Shown: positions 57,138 to 64,000 of the stretch, piece by piece | Layout of the letters: each line of letters starts with the position of its first letter | Position numbering within the stretch: position 1 is the stretch's first letter | Source: a virus | Taxonomy: Duplodnaviria; Heunggongvirae; Uroviricota; Caudoviricetes | Reading direction: 5' to 3' (one strand) | IMG/VR virus record: IMGVR_UViG_3300006149_000003 | DNA length: 64,000 nt | Notes under the pieces: model-generated | Told to the model about the DNA's origin: nothing | What the model saw: only the letters and a program-made list of their open reading frames with translations | Databases searched by the model: none | Position numbers and translations under genes: made by a program

Positions 57138-57497
57138 TTAGATGAAGTACATCTCGCCGTTGATTTCCAGCGCGACGGCCTCTTGTCCCATCTCCTGCTT
57201 CAGCGCCTCGCAGTGATCGACCACGGCGGCGATCCCGTTCTGCAAATCCGCATCGCTGGCGTAGGCGAAAACAACGGTGGTATTCTCAGCGACCAGGCCG
57301 GCCACGGGAGAGAGCCAATAGCCCAGCGCGGCGGTAGAGGTGGAGCCGCCGAAAAGATCGGCCAGCAGCGCGGCGGTTTTCTTCACCTGTTCCGTATTGT
57401 CGGCGGCGTCGGCCACTCCGTTTGTGGCGGGCACGTAAACGGTAACTTTGCTGGAGAGCTTGATGCAGGCTTTCAGTTTGGCGTTGTTGATAGTCAT
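57138..57497 (-). CDS. hypothetical protein
   Basis: 119 aa. Confidence 0.4.
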   Translation of the reverse strand: MTINNAKLKACIKLSSKVTVYVPATNGVADAADNTEQVKKTAALLADLFGGSTSTAALGYWLSPVAGLVAENTTVVFAYASDADLQNGIAAVVDHCEALKQEMGQEAVALEINGEMYFI

Positions 57498-57558
57498 GAT
57501 ATGTAACCCCTTTCAATTTTTGGGGGAGCCGGTGGTGGTGATTTCCACCGGCCCGCCC

Positions 57559-57597
57559 TTTATTCTAATTACAGCTTGATTTTGTTCGTTGCTAACC
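57559..57597 (-). promoter_or_regulatory. promoter-like module copy 24 (spacer carries AACGAACAAAATCAAG leader motif)
   Basis: TTTATTCTAATTACAG-CTTGATTTTGTTCG-TTGCTAACC. Confidence 0.55.
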
Positions 57598-57613
57598 TAA
57601 ATTTGAAATTTTT

Positions 57614-58405
57614 TCAGGCAATCCCGACGTTCTGGAGAGCCGCCCGGATTTTCACAATCCGCTTGTGTACGGCCACATTGGAGATTTTGACAACATCGGC
57701 GATCTGGCGTTCCGTATAATTCTCTTGCACAAGCTCGATGATCTTCCGGTCGATCTCATCCCGTCCAGCCGTGAACCGTTCCAGATCGGCCCGGATGATG
57801 GCGCTTGTCTCCGTGTTCACAGAGCCGCCCGCGCTTACTCTCGTTTCAATGTAGCTTTCGATCTCGCCGTTATCGTTCATGATCTCAGGGTCTTGCACTG
57901 CGCGGCCATGTTTCCGGTCATCTTCCCAGATTTTCATAATGGCAGCTTTTGCGGCGTTGTAGACAAGGGACTTCAGGGAGCGCGGGCGCAACCCTTTAGC
58001 GGCGCGGCGCTCGTTGGTGATGGGCAGACGGTCAAAGGCATCGAACAGCCTGCAGTATGCCTCATCGGTGAACTCGTCGAACTGGTGCCCACGCAGCCCC
58101 CAGGCGGCGCACTCGTTGAACTGGTGATAGTGATCTTCAGTGCTGTAGCCGATAACGTCTTTCGCGGCCCGCACGACACAGCGCTGGAGCCATTCAACTT
58201 GCTTTTCGGGAGTGGTAGCGGCCCACTCAGCGACCACGGCGGCGGCGTTGATCTCAGCGTTGACGCCTTCAGCCTCGGCCCACGCCTGCTTCAGACACAG
58301 AGAAAAAACGACCTCGGAAACCTTGCAACCCATTTCAGCGGCGGCGCTTTTGCGGATAGCCCAGGCACGGCCCATAATGGCGGAGAGATTGAAAGACTTT
58401 TTCAT
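57614..58405 (-). CDS. phage-encoded sigma-70-family (ECF-like) sigma factor
   Basis: C-terminal region-4 HTH: DEIDRKIIELVQENYTERQIADVVKISNVAVHKRIVKIRAAL; start MKKSFNL. Confidence 0.6.
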   Translation of the reverse strand: MKKSFNLSAIMGRAWAIRKSAAAEMGCKVSEVVFSLCLKQAWAEAEGVNAEINAAAVVAEWAATTPEKQVEWLQRCVVRAAKDVIGYSTEDHYHQFNECAAWGLRGHQFDEFTDEAYCRLFDAFDRLPITNERRAAKGLRPRSLKSLVYNAAKAAIMKIWEDDRKHGRAVQDPEIMNDNGEIESYIETRVSAGGSVNTETSAIIRADLERFTAGRDEIDRKIIELVQENYTERQIADVVKISNVAVHKRIVKIRAALQNVGIA

Positions 58406-58506
58406 AATATGTATACCCCTTTGCAATGATTTTATTCGCCCTTAAAGGGAAGGAGCACGACGGCAAAAGCCGCCCGGACTGCCCACCCCCCTTTTGGGTA
58501 TACCCT

Positions 58507-58536
58507 ATTATACCATATCCTTTTCCAGTTTGTCAA
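58507..58536 (-). promoter_or_regulatory. sigma-A consensus promoter for the sigma-factor gene
   Basis: Minus strand CGAACAAAATCG-TTGACA-18 nt-TATAAT. Confidence 0.55.
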
Positions 58537-58589
58537 CGATTTTGTTCGTCATTAAGATATTTTAAGGGGTGAAAAATAGCCAAAGATAC

Positions 58590-59260
58590 AGCCTTGTATT
58601 TGTGTATTTTGCCATGTGCCCGCCTGCCTGATCTGCCGCCCAGCATCACCCCAGAGAGCCGCGCCCAGCTTGCCACAGTGCCCCAGCAGAGGCACAGCCA
58701 CAGAGGACAGCCCAGCACCCGCAGCCCCTGCCCAGCATGGGCACAGACAGCAATACGCCCAGAGGGACAGAGACAAGGCCAGCAGCAGAGGACGCACGGA
58801 GAGAGAGGGAGAGAAGCGGAAGCGAAGAACACCCCAGCACCTACCCCAGCGGCCTGGAGCCTACCAGCCCCGCCCCAGCCGGAGAGCCGCCGACGATCTC
58901 CCAGAAGCCGCCCAGCCTGAACCCGTCCCAGCATTCCACCCAGCCGCCGCGAGACAGCCCAGCAGAGCAGAGTGGGAGAGGGGAGAAGGGGAAAGAGTGA
59001 GGAGCAAGCCGGAAGCACAGAGCCGCCCGCCTTCAAAGTCATAATATACCGAACCCCAGCAACACCCCGACCCACCTGCCGCCCGTCTGCCGTACAGCCT
59101 GCCCGCCGTCACCATCTCAGGCCAGCCGCCGCCGCTGTGCTGCCGTCGTTTCAATTCTGCTTTTGGAGAGAAAACAGAACCCGCCCCCAATAACCCCGAA
59201 TTTACACGGGAAAAGCCCGCCCCACCTGCCAGCACCGCCCACCATGACCGAGGGGAGCCT
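58590..59260. repeat. T-depleted C/A-rich low-complexity region with reiterated CCCAGC/CCAGCA units
   Basis: Extreme strand asymmetry; G-runs on the minus strand; ORFs on both strands are compositional artefacts. Confidence 0.6.
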
Positions 59261-59504
59261 CTACATTTTGAACTTCACGCCATATCTACGATATGTCTCC
59301 AGTACCCTCCTCTCCACACGAAACCCCTCTCACCCGTTCGATTCATCGCTCGGCCTTACAGCCGTACAAACTCGAACCTTAGAAGAGTTAAACCTTACAT
59401 AAAAATTATCATATTAGCATTTGTTTCGACTTAAATTGTCCACCTAACCTACCCGCAAACTCGCCATTTCTTCCGAATAATGAAGAACTAAATCAAAGTT
59501 ATTG

Positions 59505-59533
59505 TTGACATTTTGATCAAAATAGAGTATAAT
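59505..59533 (+). promoter_or_regulatory. sigma-A consensus promoter of the integrase
   Basis: TTGACA-17-TATAAT; leader contains CGAATAAAATGGAGGG. Confidence 0.6.
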
Positions 59534-59594
59534 AGAACTGTGGGAAACCACGAATTTCCCCGTCCGTAGTGACGAATAAAATGGAGGGTTTTCG

Positions 59595-60434
59595 ATGAAT
59601 ACTCAGTTGTCGCTCTTCGAGCATGAAGCTACCATCCCTGTGGCCTCCCACACCAGCACTAAGGTTATCCAGCTATTTCCCAATATTCCTCCTCGGAAGC
59701 CTAACTATCGTGCTGGTGGAGAGCAGACCGTATTTCCCATCAAGCGTCAGGAGGATCTGAATGCTATGGCTTCTTGGCTCTACCATAACGCAGATCGCAA
59801 ATATCTCCTTGGCTTTATCCTTGGGATCAACCTTGGCCTAAGAGCCAACGAGCTTCTGGAACTGAAGCACTCTGACATCTTTTTCCCTAATGGAGAATTG
59901 AAATATGTCTCTGACGATTTCTCTGACACTACGGATAAGATGAGTGTCTATCAGAATAAGGTGCATAAGCGACGGGGAATGTACCTTAACTCCTCTTGTG
60001 TTAAGGCTCTTGACTGGTACTTTCCTGTGAAAAGCCCCAGCCTATGCAGAGACACCTACCTATTTCCGTCCAGGGAGTGCCAAGCTCGTAAAGACAGAGA
60101 TGGCAAGGTTCGCACAGATAACATCAAGGACATAGATGGAAATTACCATGTAGAGGTTGATACTCTTCGTAAGATTCTGAAAGACGCTGCTAAGGCTTGC
60201 GGACTGAAGCAGAACATCGGGACTCACACCCTACGCAAGACCTTTGGCTACTTCCACTACCAGAGCAATCACGATATTGTATTTCTTCAAAGACTATTTG
60301 GACATTCCTCCGCCTTAATTACCATGCGCTACATCGGTATCGCTGATGAGGAAGAGAAGAAATCCTACCATAAGGTTTCCATCGACCTGATGGGAATGCT
60401 GGAACCGGAACTGGCGTCCGCTGATGTACGGTAG
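59595..60434 (+). CDS. int: tyrosine recombinase / phage integrase
   Basis: LGLRANELLEL (Arg I), HTLRKTF (H-x-x-R), LFGHSS...ITMRY (catalytic Tyr). Confidence 0.85.
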   Translation: MNTQLSLFEHEATIPVASHTSTKVIQLFPNIPPRKPNYRAGGEQTVFPIKRQEDLNAMASWLYHNADRKYLLGFILGINLGLRANELLELKHSDIFFPNGELKYVSDDFSDTTDKMSVYQNKVHKRRGMYLNSSCVKALDWYFPVKSPSLCRDTYLFPSRECQARKDRDGKVRTDNIKDIDGNYHVEVDTLRKILKDAAKACGLKQNIGTHTLRKTFGYFHYQSNHDIVFLQRLFGHSSALITMRYIGIADEEEKKSYHKVSIDLMGMLEPELASADVR

Positions 60435-60470
60435 CTTTACCCCAGTCAGCTCCTACTATCGGAGTGCAGA

Positions 60471-60479
60471 GGGGGGGGG
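60471..60479. repeat. G9 homopolymer tract downstream of int
   Basis: Seen directly. Confidence 0.9.
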
Positions 60480-60545
60480 CTTATCCTGCGATAAGTTTCC
60501 AGCAACTGCCGAGCGAAGCGAGGCAGGATAAGCCGCATTTTTTCA
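60471..60545 (+). terminator. G9 tract followed by 12-bp inverted repeat and T-run (terminator and/or att-associated structure)
   Basis: GGGGGGGGG-GCTTATCCTGC...GCAGGATAAGC-CGCATTTTTTC immediately after the int stop codon. Confidence 0.4.
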
Positions 60546-60756
60546 AATTCAGAGAATACGATTTTCACAACTTTTTCGTGATTTTTGAGCGTAGCGAAAA
60601 TACCCCTTCCCCTTCTAAGGGACGATTTTGAAAAAACCAGTAATATCAAGGCTTTGAGGGGCGTCAAAAACCGAATTTATAACCTTGGAAGTCATAAACC
60701 GATTTTGACCGCCTCTAAAATCCGAACATTTTTAACCGAAAATGGAGGTGCTATAA

Positions 60757-61338
60757 GTGGCAAAGAATTTTTACATCGCAGACACCCATTTTGGGCACAA
60801 GAACATTCTCAAATACGACAACCGACCGTTCTTCACCACCGAGGAAATGGACAATGAGCTGGTGGAGCGGTGGAACGCGGCGGTTGATCCGTCTGATACG
60901 GTATACATCTTGGGGGACTTCTGCTGGAAAGGCGAAGAGATGTGGTTCAACATTCTGAGCCGTCTGCATGGTCATAAGGTGTTGATCCGAGGCAACCACG
61001 ATCCGGAGAAGCTGAGTGATCGCGTAGCAAAGTGCTTTGATGAGGTGGCCGACTACAAGGAGGTAGACGACGCTGGCAGAAAGATTGTCCTATGCCACTA
61101 CCCGATTCCGTGTTTCAAGAACCACTTCTGCGGTTGGTATCACCTGTACGGTCATGTCCATATTTCGTTTGAAGCGAATATGATGGAGCATAACAAGTTC
61201 CTTATGCGGGATCTGTACGAAAAGCAGTGCAATATGTACAATGTTGGCTGTATGATGCCTTGGATGGATTACACACCCAGGACATTGGACGAGATCATTG
61301 AACGATACACCGCTGCTGGAGGACAATTCAATGGCTAA
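60757..61338 (+). CDS. calcineurin-like metallophosphoesterase
   Basis: ADTHFGH, ILGDFCWKG, GNHD motifs. Confidence 0.65.
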   Translation: MAKNFYIADTHFGHKNILKYDNRPFFTTEEMDNELVERWNAAVDPSDTVYILGDFCWKGEEMWFNILSRLHGHKVLIRGNHDPEKLSDRVAKCFDEVADYKEVDDAGRKIVLCHYPIPCFKNHFCGWYHLYGHVHISFEANMMEHNKFLMRDLYEKQCNMYNVGCMMPWMDYTPRTLDEIIERYTAAGGQFNG

Positions 61339-62101
61339 GTATAAGATTGGAGCAACAGACGGCGGTGACGCTGGACTGGATCTCTCATGGAAAGACAAGC
61401 TAAATACTGTAGATGGCGCGGTGCTTATTACAAAGCGTGTCACACCGGCGTTCATTGAAGCGGTAAAGGGCTTGCCAAATGTAGTTATTCATGTAACCTG
61501 TACGGGGTATGGTGGTACAGTTGTTGAACCGAATGTACCTCACCCAGAAGAGCAGATGGAAGCAGCCTTGCAGTTGATAGGCTCCGGGTTTCCGAAAGAA
61601 AGAGTCGTGGTGAGAATTGACCCGATGATCCCCACTGTAAAGGGTATGATGCGGGCCACAAGGGTCTTTGGGATGTTTACAGAACACGGGTTTTCGCGCT
61701 ATCGGGTGAGTCTTATTGATATGTACCCTCATGTAAGAAAACGGTTTGCAGACTGCGGACTTCCGAGTTTGTATGGTGGAGGGTTCTCGCCTGATAAGGA
61801 AACTATCGAATATGCAAATCATGTTTTGCGTGGATGGAAGCTCCTGTGGGAAAGCGCATTACCCGATGTACCGTTGAGAGTTGAGGCTTGTGCAGAACCC
61901 ACACTGACGGAGGCTATTCGGTGCGGTTGCGTCTCCGAATATGATATCCAGCTGATGGGATTGACAGTGGGCGACGACATGGATGCCGCTGGATACCAAA
62001 GACGGGATTGTCTTTGCTACTCAGGAAAGAAAGAACTGCTGAATAGCCGAAAGCCATGTCCACACCAATGTCTCTATTGCTTTTGGAAGGATGTGAAGTA
62101 A
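61331..62101 (+). CDS. DUF1848-like protein with C-terminal CPHQCLYC cluster
   Basis: Start MAKYKIG; C-terminal Cys motif. Confidence 0.4.
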   Translation: MAKYKIGATDGGDAGLDLSWKDKLNTVDGAVLITKRVTPAFIEAVKGLPNVVIHVTCTGYGGTVVEPNVPHPEEQMEAALQLIGSGFPKERVVVRIDPMIPTVKGMMRATRVFGMFTEHGFSRYRVSLIDMYPHVRKRFADCGLPSLYGGGFSPDKETIEYANHVLRGWKLLWESALPDVPLRVEACAEPTLTEAIRCGCVSEYDIQLMGLTVGDDMDAAGYQRRDCLCYSGKKELLNSRKPCPHQCLYCFWKDVK

Positions 62102-62448
62102 TGGCAAATCGTCGGAAGTTGACTCAAACCGAGCGCCGTACCATTTATGACAAGATGGGTGGTCACTGTGCATACTGTGGGGAAGAACTGGCGTTTGAGG
62201 ATATGCAGGTAGACCATGTACTTGCGCTTCGGAGCGATGGTGAGGACGATTTGGCGAATATGTTACCGGCCTGTCGTAGCTGCAACCACTATAAACGTGG
62301 CAACTCTTTGGAGGGTTGGCGAAAGATATTAGAATCGACGCCTGATACCTTGGCGCGGGATTACTACACATATAGGCAGGCAGTCCGATTCGGCACGGTG
62401 ACACCAACGCCAAAGAAGATAGTGTTCTATTTTGAGCGACAACGCTGA
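62101..62448 (+). CDS. HNH endonuclease
   Basis: CAYCGEEL...QVDHVLALRSDG...CRSCNHYK (HNH with Zn-binding cysteines). Confidence 0.65.
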   Translation: MANRRKLTQTERRTIYDKMGGHCAYCGEELAFEDMQVDHVLALRSDGEDDLANMLPACRSCNHYKRGNSLEGWRKILESTPDTLARDYYTYRQAVRFGTVTPTPKKIVFYFERQR

Positions 62449-62489
62449 TTTGAATTTATATTAACGACAAACAAAATCGAGGTGATGTT

Positions 62490-62855
62490 GTGAGTATGGT
62501 AGCTTTTATCAGTCCCTTTGTCAACGATCCTTTCGCTCTGGTGTGTCAGGCTTATAAAAACCTATATGATAAGCCTTTCACGGCGTTCTTTGACCAGCAT
62601 GAAGATGACGACCACAAGGAAGAGTATGGATTTACGCACTTTGTCGAGGGAGAGATCCCGCAAATCGTCATCTTTGCGGAGCACTCCATCAATGTCTGTG
62701 TAGAGACATTTGCCCATGAGCTTGCTCATGTTGCGGTCGGTGTGGAGCACGAGCACGATGAGATATGGAATGCGGCATTCGACGCAATCTTTACAGAGTA
62801 TAACCGCTTGGGTGAGGAGCTTTATGGCAAAGAGGAGGGGGCGGGTGATGAGTAA
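62490..62855 (+). CDS. HExxH motif protein (putative metallopeptidase-like)
   Basis: FAHELAHVAVGVEHEHDE; the AACAAAATCGAGGTG leader lies upstream on the plus strand. Confidence 0.35.
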   Translation: MSMVAFISPFVNDPFALVCQAYKNLYDKPFTAFFDQHEDDDHKEEYGFTHFVEGEIPQIVIFAEHSINVCVETFAHELAHVAVGVEHEHDEIWNAAFDAIFTEYNRLGEELYGKEEGAGDE

Positions 62856-63024
62856 AGGTAATGAGTACAGAAAGCTCTTCAGCATTGACGGGTTTGCCCG
62901 GTATATGTACTGCCAACACGCACGGCTGAACCAGTTGAGGAGCGACAAGCGGGATGCAAAGCGAAAATTGCGTCGGCAGGTGAAAGACGAAATCAGAAAG
63001 GAAAGGGGTGGTGAATATGATTGA
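62853..63024 (+). CDS. hypothetical basic small protein
   Basis: ATG at 62853 overlaps the upstream stop; MSKGNEYRKLF... Confidence 0.3.
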
Positions 63025-63400
63025 GCATGACGAAGCTGTGAAAGAGCTGAAAGAGAAATGTGAACGACTGGTAGCGGAGGTTCAGATCTACCACGACGCC
63101 GCAGCTCTATATGGTATTGACCCGATGACCATGTTGACACTGGCGAAGAGCCAAATCAAGACCTGTGCGGACAACATTCGTCTCATGGAAAAGATGGAGA
63201 GCGTGCTGGATATGTTCAAGTGGGTGCCAAAAGATCTGACGGTGGACGAGGTTTGTAAGGCAATCACACATTATGACGGCGACGGTTCCAAACCGTATTG
63301 TGATTTGGTCTACTGTGGGCTTGATGTTATCCGCAAATATCTTGAAGAAAGGAGTGAGCTAAATGAATGGAGAAAAAGCAATCTGCCACTTAGTCAGTAA
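63017..63400 (+). CDS. hypothetical protein
   Basis: Start MIEHDEAV after GGAAAGGGGTGG. Confidence 0.35.
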   Translation: MIEHDEAVKELKEKCERLVAEVQIYHDAAALYGIDPMTMLTLAKSQIKTCADNIRLMEKMESVLDMFKWVPKDLTVDEVCKAITHYDGDGSKPYCDLVYCGLDVIRKYLEERSELNEWRKSNLPLSQ

Positions 63401-64000
63401 CGGTGTTTTGCTGAGTGCCCCACAGTTCGATATAGGGCAAATCGCCGAGTCCGGCCAATGTTTTCGGATTCAGTCACTTCCCGATGGTAGCTTTCTGGCG
63501 ATAACAGGGCAGCATTTTGTAAAGATTGACTGTCAAAGCAACGGCGGGTATGTGTTCCGCTGTACTTGGGAAGATTTTCGGGATGTGTGGTTGGCATACT
63601 TCGACCTGAGCGAAGATTATGGAGTATATCAGCGACAGATGGCCGACGATCTGTTTTTGATTGAAGCAATTCAGAGGGGCGGCGGAATCAGAATCTTGCG
63701 GCAGGACTTGTGGGAAATGGTCGTTACTTTTGTGATTTCCCAGCGTAACAACATTCCCAGGATCAGGAGTGCGGTGGAGTGCCTATGCCAAAACTTTGGT
63801 ACACAGCTGGGAGAGGTGGCCGGTCACGAGATTTACAGTTTCCCTACTGCGGAACAGTTGAGAGGAAAGGATCTGGCCTGTGCATCCCTGGGATACAGGG
63901 AGAAGTATGTCAAAGAGCTTTGTAATTATCAGCCTGATTTTTGGATTGGTCTTGCGGCGCAGGATGATAATGAGGCTAAGAAGACACTGCTGGATCTGAA
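63363..64000 (+). CDS. HhH-GPD superfamily DNA glycosylase (OGG/AlkA-like), 3' partial
   Basis: MNGEKAICHLV...CFRIQSL...FVISQRNNIPRI...; runs off the window end. Confidence 0.5.
   Translation, partial: MNGEKAICHLVSNGVLLSAPQFDIGQIAESGQCFRIQSLPDGSFLAITGQHFVKIDCQSNGGYVFRCTWEDFRDVWLAYFDLSEDYGVYQRQMADDLFLIEAIQRGGGIRILRQDLWEMVVTFVISQRNNIPRIRSAVECLCQNFGTQLGEVAGHEIYSFPTAEQLRGKDLACASLGYREKYVKELCNYQPDFWIGLAAQDDNEAKKTLLDL

Noticed and set aside
38931-57597. The possibility that the 24-copy module array is a CRISPR array
   Set aside because: The spacers are whole genes of 200-900 bp with irregular sizes. The repeat is bipartite with a variable centre. Terminators and SDs flank it, and no cas genes are present.
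58533-59313. Long ORFs on both strands across the CA-rich region (for example 58533-59075 minus, 58616-59044 plus and 28051-29313 plus)
   Set aside because: They are Pro/Ala/Gly/Arg-rich compositional artefacts of a T-depleted repeat, or antisense to the vWA gene. They have no SD or start context and overlap each other.
17195-60479. Homopolymer tracts as pure sequencing artefacts
   Set aside because: This cannot be excluded without reads. However, sequencing errors alter tract length rather than create nine 8-9-nt G/C runs. In addition, the needed corrections go in both directions. This is kept as a finding with an explicit test.
1-64000. Diversity-generating retroelement or other RT-based system
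   Set aside because: No reverse-transcriptase motifs (YxDD) were seen in any frame, and no near-identical template and variable repeat pair.

Overview
This 64-kb window looks like most of a temperate phage or prophage of an anaerobic Firmicute, probably a Clostridia gut bacterium. Almost every gene is on the minus strand up to about 58.4 kb. A divergent tyrosine integrase sits at 59.6 kb on the plus strand, followed by plus-strand genes that may be cargo or host DNA. All calls below are from reading motifs by eye; no tools were run.

Layout from left to right:
- 0-16.6 kb: nucleotide metabolism and replication genes (Zn-ribbon dUTPase, anaerobic RNR NrdD/NrdG plus glutaredoxin, dNMP kinase fused to a 5'-nucleotidase, ThyX, DnaE-type polymerase, primase-helicase) and a recombination set (Cas4-like nuclease, SSB, ERF).
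- 17-19.5 kb: two DNA methyltransferases that are frameshifted at G/C homopolymer tracts.
- 20-29 kb: a sulfur-transfer and RNA-repair cluster (two PP-loop ATPases, cysteine desulfurase, polynucleotide kinase with HD phosphatase, nucleotidyltransferase, RNA ligase with an N-terminal tRNA-binding-like domain, vWA/DUF2828-like protein).
- 29.3-31.1 kb: a cluster of tRNA genes, several carrying conserved 43-49-nt insertions.
- 31-35.5 kb: an SPFH protein and an XRE/ImmA lysogeny switch.
- 35.8-38.9 kb: a 1000-aa N6-methyltransferase fused to an SNF2 helicase.
- 38.9-57.6 kb: an array of about 35 small genes, each a monocistronic cassette. A strongly conserved promoter-like module (24 copies) precedes each gene and an intrinsic terminator follows it. 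The array includes a MazF/EndoA toxin and ends at a phage-encoded sigma-70-family factor.

The most unusual signals are these:
1. Nine dispersed 8-9-nt G/C homopolymer tracts sit at frame-break points of otherwise intact genes. This pattern fits phase variation.
2. The 24-copy promoter/terminator cassette array is paired with a phage sigma factor.
3. A conserved module sits inside tRNA anticodon loops (and, in the tRNA-Cys-like gene, between the D-arm region and the anticodon stem) and also upstream of other tRNAs, next to tRNA repair or splicing enzymes.
4. A conserved leader motif, AACGAAYAAAATCA, lies just 5' of the Shine-Dalgarno sequence of many genes on both strands.
5. A 700-bp T-depleted, CA-rich repeat region lies between the sigma factor and the integrase.
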